A stretch of 64,000 nucleotides of DNA from an uncultured Candidatus Saccharibacteria bacterium. GTDB taxonomy: Bacteria > Patescibacteriota > Saccharimonadia > Saccharimonadales > CAIOMD01. A program made the translations under genes and the position numbers. Each line of letters begins with the position of its first letter. Position 1 is the stretch's first letter. The notes beneath the pieces are model-generated. The model worked only from the letters and a program-made list of their open reading frames with translations. It made no database searches and was not told where the DNA came from. Location: contig CAIOMD010000011.1 in NCBI GenBank assembly GCA_903859365.1, forward strand, positions 17,467 to 81,466, read 5' to 3'. Positions 57,284 to 64,000 of this stretch are shown piece after piece.

Positions 57284-59500
57284 ATGCCAAAGAAGAAAAA
57301 ACAAGTAAAAAAGAAAGATAAGAAAGCGGATGTAGAAAAAAGCGCTGCATCGAAAAGTTTTTGGAGACAAGTAAACGCTTTCATTCTTATTGTTTTAGCC
57401 TTTTTCCTTCTTATTGGTGGCTTTCATTGGGGTGGAGCACTTCCAGAAGAACTGTATAAGCTAACGAGCTGGTGTATTGGTTGGGTAGCGCTAGTTCTTC
57501 CATTTGTGATGATCCTTATCGCCTATTTCAAAATACGAGATAAAGAAAACATAGTCCCTAAAAGTAAATTAGTGAGCGGTTTAGTCCTTCTACTTGGGCT
57601 AGCGGCAATGTTACAGATACCAGCTGGAGACAATGGAGCTAATTCGTCGGTAAAAGGAAACTATGGCGGAGCGGTTGGCAGCATAGTCTCAAAGAGCCTA
57701 CACCTATTTTTAAACAGTATTACCGCTTTTATTGTAAGCGCCGTTATAACGGCGATAGCAGGTATGTATTTCGTTGGACTCACTCCAAAACAGGTGTTCA
57801 AAATGCTTAAAAAGTTTATGCGAAAGAAAGAAAACAGCGATACCGACTTATCCGAACTCAAAAATAAAGAGAAAGAACCATCATTCCAGATGCATGAAGG
57901 AGTGCCAGTTGTTCACCATAACGAAGAAGGTAAACCAGCACCGAGACTTAGTTCTCTTAAAAATAGTGCATCAAAATTAACTGGCATTGAGGATCATGCT
58001 GCGCTTACAGCAGCAAGCGATCCTGATTGGAAATTCCCAGGTGTAAATTTACTTAATCAAAAACAAGACAAAGCAGATCCTGGTGACGTTGGAGCGAACG
58101 CCGAAATGATTAAGTCTACACTCGGAGAATTCGGCATAAAGGTTGAAATGGAGGGGGCGAATATAGGGCCACGCGTCACACAGTACACCATGAAACCATC
58201 ATCGGGCCAAAAGCTCAGTAAAATTGCATCTTATGAGACAAATATTGCCTACGAGCTTGCAGCTGAAGCGATCCGTATTGAGGCGCCAATTCCTGGTAAG
58301 CGTGCGGTTGGCATCGAAGTACCGAACTATAAAGCAGCAACAGTCCGCGTTGCAAGTATTGTTGGATCGAAGGAATGGTCTGAAGTAAAATCTCATTTAC
58401 CGTTTGCCGTAGGTAAGGATATTTCTGGAAATCCTGTTATTGGGTCACTCGATAAGATGCCCCATCTTTTGATAGCCGGCCAAACTGGATCAGGTAAATC
58501 TGTCATGATTAATACGTTATTAACGTCACTACTGTACAGAAATAGCCCATCAGATTTGAAACTTATTTTAGTCGACCCTAAGCAGGTTGAATTAACCCCG
58601 TATAATGCTATACCGCATTTGCTTACGCCAGTTATTACCGAGCCAGAAAAGACCATAAGCGCACTCAAATGGGCGGTAGCTGAGATGGAACGACGACTTC
58701 GTGCATTTGCAGCCGATGGCATGCGAAATATTGCTGAATATAATGATTTCAAAAAAGAAGAGGGCATGCCATACATTGTTATTGTTATTGATGAATTAGC
58801 AGATCTTATGATGGTTGCAGCGAGGGATGTAGAAAGTCTTATTGTTCGTATTGCCCAAAAGGCACGAGCTGCAGGAATCCATCTTGTCCTTGCGACGCAG
58901 CGCCCAAGTGTTGATGTTATTACTGGTTTAATTAAGGCTAATGTGCCGGCTCGCATTGCTTTTACTGTTGTAAGCTATGTTGACTCGAAAACGATTATCG
59001 ATCAACAGGGGGCGGATAAGTTACTGGGTATGGGTGATATGTTATTTATGACGAGTGATATGGGCAAGCCTATTCGAGTGCAGGGTGCGCTCATAGATAA
59101 AGAAGAGATCGATAAGGTTACCGATTTTCTTCGAGCCCAACGAGATCCTCAGTACGACGATGAAGTCGTTAGTATGCCAGTCCAACTTAACGGTAAGGGC
59201 GGTGTAGTTGTTGATCATGGGGCGAGTGAAGCAGACGACGATATGTGGAAAGACGCCGTTAGCGTCGTAGTAGAAAGCGGAAAAGCGAGTACTAGTTTAT
59301 TGCAACGTCGGCTTAGAATCGGGTATGGAAGAGCCAGTCGAATTATTGATGAGATGGAAGAGCGTGGCGTTGTTGGTCCTGCCGATGGCGCAAGACCAAG
59401 AGAAGTGCTTGTACGAAATGTAGAAGAAGTTTTTCGCAGTTCAAATGAAGAAATAAATGAAGTAGTTTCTGACGATCCGCGTGACGAACTCATTACCTAG
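57284..59500 (+). CDS. ftsK: DNA translocase FtsK
   Basis: 4TM N-domain, PHLLIAGQTGSGKS, IDELADLM, ATQRPS and gamma domain STSLLQRRLRIGYGRA. Confidence 0.97.
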   Translation: MPKKKKQVKKKDKKADVEKSAASKSFWRQVNAFILIVLAFFLLIGGFHWGGALPEELYKLTSWCIGWVALVLPFVMILIAYFKIRDKENIVPKSKLVSGLVLLLGLAAMLQIPAGDNGANSSVKGNYGGAVGSIVSKSLHLFLNSITAFIVSAVITAIAGMYFVGLTPKQVFKMLKKFMRKKENSDTDLSELKNKEKEPSFQMHEGVPVVHHNEEGKPAPRLSSLKNSASKLTGIEDHAALTAASDPDWKFPGVNLLNQKQDKADPGDVGANAEMIKSTLGEFGIKVEMEGANIGPRVTQYTMKPSSGQKLSKIASYETNIAYELAAEAIRIEAPIPGKRAVGIEVPNYKAATVRVASIVGSKEWSEVKSHLPFAVGKDISGNPVIGSLDKMPHLLIAGQTGSGKSVMINTLLTSLLYRNSPSDLKLILVDPKQVELTPYNAIPHLLTPVITEPEKTISALKWAVAEMERRLRAFAADGMRNIAEYNDFKKEEGMPYIVIVIDELADLMMVAARDVESLIVRIAQKARAAGIHLVLATQRPSVDVITGLIKANVPARIAFTVVSYVDSKTIIDQQGADKLLGMGDMLFMTSDMGKPIRVQGALIDKEEIDKVTDFLRAQRDPQYDDEVVSMPVQLNGKGGVVVDHGASEADDDMWKDAVSVVVESGKASTSLLQRRLRIGYGRASRIIDEMEERGVVGPADGARPREVLVRNVEEVFRSSNEEINEVVSDDPRDELIT

Positions 59501-59564
59501 CAAAGACAATCCTTCCCTTGACTTATAGGGGTAAATAGGATAAAATTACATCATTATTAATTAA

Positions 59565-59612
59565 CTTCAGGTTACCATTTTTAAAAGAGGTAGCCAGATC
59601 CGAAGGAAGGGA
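59565..59612 (+). promoter_or_regulatory. Putative S6:S18 autoregulatory leader
   Basis: GGTTACC/GGTAGCC hairpin closed by CTTC/GAAG, with CCG on the 3' side next to the SD. Promoter TTGACT-N17-TAAAAT at 59518-59546. Confidence 0.65.
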
Positions 59613-59617
59613 CTTAC

Positions 59618-59998
59618 ATGCAACAATACGAGATTGCAGTGCTCTATCATCCTGATCTTGAAATAGATCTTGATAAGTCAGCACAAAAAGTTACTAAAAT
59701 TTTTACCGATAATGGTGGGAAAGTAGTAGCTGAGGACAATTGGGGTAAAAGAAAACTTGCCTACACAATCAAAGGGCACGATCATGCAGTATATGTTTTT
59801 TATACGGTTGATTTGCCAGCTGAAGGTGTAAGAAAAGTTGAATCTACCCTTAACATCACTGATGAAGTGGTACGATTCCTTATTACTAAGCCTGACATCA
59901 AGGCCATCAAAAAAGCGGAAGCTTTCAAGATAGCGCGAGCTAAGAAGCAGGCAAATAGGGTTGAACAAAAAGAAGAAAAAGAAGAAGATAACGAATAA
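59618..59998 (+). CDS. rpsF: 30S ribosomal protein S6
   Basis: YEIAVL, WGKRKLAYTI, VVRFL. Confidence 0.96.
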   Translation: MQQYEIAVLYHPDLEIDLDKSAQKVTKIFTDNGGKVVAEDNWGKRKLAYTIKGHDHAVYVFYTVDLPAEGVRKVESTLNITDEVVRFLITKPDIKAIKKAEAFKIARAKKQANRVEQKEEKEEDNE

Positions 59999-60024
59999 CA
60001 GGGAATTTAAGAGGGGAGAATAAG

Positions 60025-60483
60025 ATGGCACGAAGCTTTAATCAAGTAGTACTTATGGGAAACCTAACAAGGGATCCAGAACTAAGAGCAACACCTAATG
60101 GTCAAAATGTCTGTAGTTTCAGCCTTGCCCTTAATCGATCTTACAAAGGATCTGATGGCAATTGGCAAGAAGCAACTGATTATGTTGACGTGTCAGCTTG
60201 GGGCCCAGTTGGTGAACGAGTTCATCAGTACGTCACCAAGGGGCGACCCGTTCTTGTGAGCGGACGTTTGCAGAGCAGAAGCTGGGAACAAGAAGGTCAA
60301 AAGCGTAGCAAGGTTGAGGTTGTAGCTCAAGACGTTACATTCTTAGGCGGAAGAGGTGAAGGTGGAGATGAGTCATCGGCACCATTAACTCCTACAAGCA
60401 CTACTAAAAAAGCTTCCGATAAAGATGTTGTCATCGATGACATCTCTGACGAGCCAATCGATCTCTCCGAGATTCCATTTTAG
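60025..60483 (+). CDS. ssb: Single-stranded DNA-binding protein
   Basis: NQVVLMGNLTRDPELR, KGRPVLVSGRL and a C-terminal IPF. Confidence 0.97.
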   Translation: MARSFNQVVLMGNLTRDPELRATPNGQNVCSFSLALNRSYKGSDGNWQEATDYVDVSAWGPVGERVHQYVTKGRPVLVSGRLQSRSWEQEGQKRSKVEVVAQDVTFLGGRGEGGDESSAPLTPTSTTKKASDKDVVIDDISDEPIDLSEIPF

Positions 60484-60498
60484 AAAGGAACTATTCAT

Positions 60499-60705
60499 AT
60501 GGCAAAGAACAAGCACAAACAAGTTACTGGCGCAGTATATTTTGATTACAAAGACTTTAAGACTCTTCAACGTTTTGTTAACCAATTTGGTCAAATCGAA
60601 GTTCGTAAGCGAACTGGTTTAACTGAAATGCAACAACGAAGACTTGCAAAGGCGATCAAACGAGCTCGTCATATCGCGCTACTTCCATTCGTTTCACACG
60701 GATAG
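60499..60705 (+). CDS. rpsR: 30S ribosomal protein S18 (Cys-free form)
   Basis: [29 protein letters not shown]. Confidence 0.96.
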   Translation: MAKNKHKQVTGAVYFDYKDFKTLQRFVNQFGQIEVRKRTGLTEMQQRRLAKAIKRARHIALLPFVSHG

Positions 60706-60747
60706 AAGACGAACAAAACATCTTTTAAAGTAAAGTGAGAAAAAGCT

Positions 60748-61314
60748 ATGGCTTTTGGTATAACAGATTTAAAAAAAGGCACTATATTCCAACTAGACGA
60801 CGTTCCGTATAGGGTGCTTGCGTATGGCCAAAAAGTGATGGGGCGTGGTGGCTCTATTGTCAATGTCCGTATCAAGAGTTTGATAGACGGCAAGGTCCTT
60901 GATAAAACATTTAAGGGAAGTGAAGACATCCAACCCGCAGATGTTAACTATTCAACGATTCAATATCTCTATAACGATGGAACCACTTTCTATTTCATGG
61001 ATAACGACAGCTATGAGCAGATTGAATTATCGAGTGAAATCGTTGAGGAGAACGCGGGCTATTTGAAGGAAGGCGATGAGATTAAGGCACAGCTCTACAA
61101 TGGAGTTGTGATTAATATTGAACTTCCTAAAAATGTCTATCTTGAAGTAACGTATTCTGAAGACGCAGTAAAAGGTGATACTTCAAGCAGTATTCAAAAA
61201 GATGCCGTGCTTGAAACAGGTATTACCGTTAAGGTGCCAGCATTCATTAAGCAGGGTGATATCATCAGCGTAAGTACTGAAGACGGCACCTATAGAGAAC
61301 GCAAGAAAGACTAA
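60748..61314 (+). CDS. efp: Elongation factor P
   Basis: DLKKG, QYLY.DG, FMDNDSYEQ, VKGDT, LETG, VPAFI, YRER. Confidence 0.95.
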   Translation: MAFGITDLKKGTIFQLDDVPYRVLAYGQKVMGRGGSIVNVRIKSLIDGKVLDKTFKGSEDIQPADVNYSTIQYLYNDGTTFYFMDNDSYEQIELSSEIVEENAGYLKEGDEIKAQLYNGVVINIELPKNVYLEVTYSEDAVKGDTSSSIQKDAVLETGITVKVPAFIKQGDIISVSTEDGTYRERKKD

Positions 61315-61315
61315 C

Positions 61316-62032
61316 GTGACTAAGTACCGGCTTGATCATGAGCTTTTGAAGCGATCAATGGTCAGCACACGATCACAAGCTGAAAGTTACATTAAACTAG
61401 GGTTAGTTTTGGTGAATAAAAAGCCAGTAACTAAGCCTGGTTTTTTTGTTGGTGCGGAAGCATCGATTGAATTAAAGCAAAAAGAACAATACGTCTCCCG
61501 AGCAGGGCTTAAGCTTGAAAGTGTCGCAAAGGATTTAGACCTTTCTTTTAAGAATAAAGTGGTGCTTGATGTAGGTAGCAGTACCGGAGGTTTTACTGAC
61601 TTTGCCATTAAAAATGGAGCCAAGAAGGTTATTGCTGTCGACGTTGGGTCAGATCAGCTTCACCCCTCACTTCGTCATAATGAAAAAATTGAGCTACACG
61701 AAAAAACAGACATTCGTGACTTCATAACAGATCAGGTGATAGATGTTGTCGTGATAGATGTCTCATTTATTTCACTTCAAGAAATTCTACCGGCAGTTGC
61801 AAAACTTGTGAATACAAAAACAGTTATAGCTGCGATGTGTAAGCCTCAATTTGAGTCAGGTTCAGAAGGGCGTCACAGTGGGGTTGTCAAGAATGATTCG
61901 CTCAGAAGAGCAATTCTCAAAGATTTTGAAATTTGGGTTAAAAGACAATTCGTGGTGCTTAAAAAAGCTGATTCAAAAATAGCAGGCGCAAAAGGTAATA
62001 AAGAGCGTTTTTACTTGCTTAAAAAGGTGTAG
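61316..62032 (+). CDS. tlyA: TlyA-family rRNA methyltransferase
   Basis: S4 domain (RLD), YVSRAGLKL, LDVGSSTGGFTD, DVSFISL, KPQFE, GAKGNKE. Confidence 0.93.
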   Translation: MTKYRLDHELLKRSMVSTRSQAESYIKLGLVLVNKKPVTKPGFFVGAEASIELKQKEQYVSRAGLKLESVAKDLDLSFKNKVVLDVGSSTGGFTDFAIKNGAKKVIAVDVGSDQLHPSLRHNEKIELHEKTDIRDFITDQVIDVVVIDVSFISLQEILPAVAKLVNTKTVIAAMCKPQFESGSEGRHSGVVKNDSLRRAILKDFEIWVKRQFVVLKKADSKIAGAKGNKERFYLLKKV

Positions 62033-62033
62033 T

Positions 62034-63116
62034 TTAGACGTTAAAACGAAACTCGACAACGTCGTTTGGTTTCATAGTGTAGGTTTTACCCTCAGTGCGA
62101 ACCTTACCTGCACTTCGAGCTTTCGTAAGTGATCCAGCTTCTATAAGATCGTTGTAATCAACGATTTCAGCAGCAATGAAGCCTTTTTCAAAGTCGCCAT
62201 GGATAACGCCAGCAGCCTGTGGAGCAGTATCACCAGCATGAATAGTCCATGCTCGAACTTCCTGTACCCCAGCTGTTAAATAACTTTGCAGGCCTAATGT
62301 TTTGTAGGCACTTTTTATGAGCTGTACAAGACCAGACTCTTTAATGCCATACTCCTCAAGCATTTCAATTCGGTCGGGTCCGTCAAGCTGTCGTAGCTCG
62401 TCCTCAAGCTTGGCGTTGACAAACAGGGCTTCGCTTGGGTGCACGATGTTTTCGAGCTGCTGCTTTTTTTCTTCGTTTTTCAGTGTCGCCTCATCAACGT
62501 TAAAAAGATAGATTATTGGCTTTGCTGTAAGAAGCTGGAGCTGCTTATATTCAGATACTTCTTTTCTAAGGGTTTCATCGCTGAAAAGGGGATTACCATC
62601 ATCTAAATGTTTTCTAGCATTTCCAAGCAGGGTTACAAAAGTGGCAATTGTTTTATCGCTACGTGCTTCTTTTTCGAGACGCGGAAGTACTTTATCGATG
62701 GTTTGAAGATCGGCAAGAACAAGCTCTGTGTTGATGACATCTATATCTTTTGAAGGGTGTAGCTCATTTTCGACATGCAGCACATTACTGTCTGCAAAAT
62801 CCCGAACAACTTGAACGAGTGCCGTACATTCTCTAATGTGGGATAAAAACTGGTTACCTAGCCCTTCGCCTTTGCTTGCGCCTTCAACGAGACCTGCGAT
62901 ATCCGTAAAAGTGACCGTTGCAGGTATAATTTTTTTTGTATCATAAAGAGCAGCTAGTTTGTTTAGGCGTACATCTTCAATAGGCACAATACCCGTATTG
63001 GGCTCAATGGTCGCAAATGGATAATTTGCTGCCAAAATATTATTGCTAGTAAGAGCATTAAAAAGGGTGGATTTGCCAACATTCGGCAGGCCAATAATGC
63101 CAATTGATAAACTCAT
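62034..63116 (-). CDS. ychF: Ribosome-binding ATPase YchF
   Basis: GLPNVGKSTLFNAL, ANYPFATIEPN, DIAGLVEGASKGEGLGNQFL, APQAAGVIH. Confidence 0.97.
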   Translation of the reverse strand: MSLSIGIIGLPNVGKSTLFNALTSNNILAANYPFATIEPNTGIVPIEDVRLNKLAALYDTKKIIPATVTFTDIAGLVEGASKGEGLGNQFLSHIRECTALVQVVRDFADSNVLHVENELHPSKDIDVINTELVLADLQTIDKVLPRLEKEARSDKTIATFVTLLGNARKHLDDGNPLFSDETLRKEVSEYKQLQLLTAKPIIYLFNVDEATLKNEEKKQQLENIVHPSEALFVNAKLEDELRQLDGPDRIEMLEEYGIKESGLVQLIKSAYKTLGLQSYLTAGVQEVRAWTIHAGDTAPQAAGVIHGDFEKGFIAAEIVDYNDLIEAGSLTKARSAGKVRTEGKTYTMKPNDVVEFRFNV

Positions 63117-63197
63117 AGTAAGTAAATTATAACAGATTAGAAGGTAAACTTTTTTACTTTACGTTATAAACCATAAGTTGTATTATCTAACTAAGCT

Positions 63198-63665
63198 ATG
63201 GGTACAAAAAAGAAATACATGTCACTTAGGTTAGGCGCTGCTTTTATTATTTTTGTAATTTTGATTTTTGGAAGTGGAATATATATTTACAAAAAAAATA
63301 ATAATCAATTAATTTGTGGCTCAGATACTGAATTGATTAACCGATCAAGCGATGCCATAAAAAATAACGACAACAAAAATCTTTTAGCTAATGTGAACAC
63401 AATTCTTAAAAAGAATAAGTATAGAGATGATCCTAATTGTGACTTCATTGTGATGACCTATTACATAAACATCAGTGACGGCAGAAACGCACAATCAAGT
63501 TATGACCAATTTCGAAAAGAATATAATTCTAAAACTGGCTTAAATACTAAACTTCAGGCATTGGCGTTACCTATTGGCACCTATAAGGGAATAATAGATT
63601 ATCTCATTAATCAGTCTAATCAACCTATCAAAAGATCATTACCTGCTTCGGAAATATCAAAATGA
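63198..63665 (+). CDS. Hypothetical membrane-anchored secreted protein
   Basis: N-terminal TM, Cys pair, AT-rich coding sequence. Confidence 0.65.
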   Translation: MGTKKKYMSLRLGAAFIIFVILIFGSGIYIYKKNNNQLICGSDTELINRSSDAIKNNDNKNLLANVNTILKKNKYRDDPNCDFIVMTYYINISDGRNAQSSYDQFRKEYNSKTGLNTKLQALALPIGTYKGIIDYLINQSNQPIKRSLPASEISK

Positions 63666-64000
63666 TAAAAATAAATTACTTAAAATTTCTTCCAGTACTC
63701 GGACTATTATTCATACCATTATTCTTTAAAGTGCAACTTGTTCATGCTGCATCAGGCACTGGGGTTCCTAATTCAATTCCTCAATGGGTGAAGGATGACA
63801 TTAATACTCACTGTAATTCCCCGTATAATTGGGGACTAGTTTCTGATACTTGGTTATCAACCGTTGGCCAACCTTCCCAGACTAATATTAATATAGCTCA
63901 AGGTACTTCATCAATTAACCTTGATCTTAATGCGATTTACTACCGTTGCCATGTAAACGGTGGAGCGTATCCGGTGAATGGCACTAGTGATGTAACTTTC
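63662..64000 (+). CDS. Secreted protein, 3'-truncated by the window edge (not in the ORF track)
   Basis: ATG 63662 overlaps the previous stop. Signal peptide MIKINYLKFLPVLGLLFIPLFFKVQLVHA|A; frame open to the window end. Confidence 0.7.
   Translation, partial: MIKINYLKFLPVLGLLFIPLFFKVQLVHAASGTGVPNSIPQWVKDDINTHCNSPYNWGLVSDTWLSTVGQPSQTNINIAQGTSSINLDLNAIYYRCHVNGGAYPVNGTSDVTF

Overview
Gene-dense chromosomal window from a reduced-genome bacterium. It is most consistent with Patescibacteria/CPR, probably Saccharibacteria; this is inferred from gene content, gene order and protein styles, not from a search. Genetic code 11 fits. Positions 0.8-14.4 kb hold a chromosomal type IV secretion-like locus next to recF. 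It comprises a VirB6-like, a PrgI-like and a split VirB4-like ATPase pair, a large unknown membrane protein, a GH73+CHAP wall hydrolase and an Ig-like surface protein. A divergent tandem array of six VirB2/TrbC-like pilins sits beside it, five with hypervariable Cys-bracketed heads. No relaxase, integrase or coupling protein is in the window. Positions 15-21 kb are a tRNA-studded accessory patch, including an unusual tRNA-Arg(GCG). The rest is mostly housekeeping (valS, tsaD, murE, groES/EL with CIRCE, argS, dnaG-rpoD, polA, pnp, rnj, ftsK, rpsF-ssb-rpsR, efp, ychF). Smaller signals include a probable ATA start for polA, widespread leaderless-type promoters (one of them a palindromic bidirectional -10), and a recurring intergenic TTATGCT motif near envelope/T4SS genes. 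Several proteins have lost Fe-S or Zn ligands, and MurE and EF-P carry non-canonical motifs. There are putative pnp and S6:S18 leader RNAs and an unannotated 58-aa membrane protein. All calls come from reading the sequence; no searches were run.
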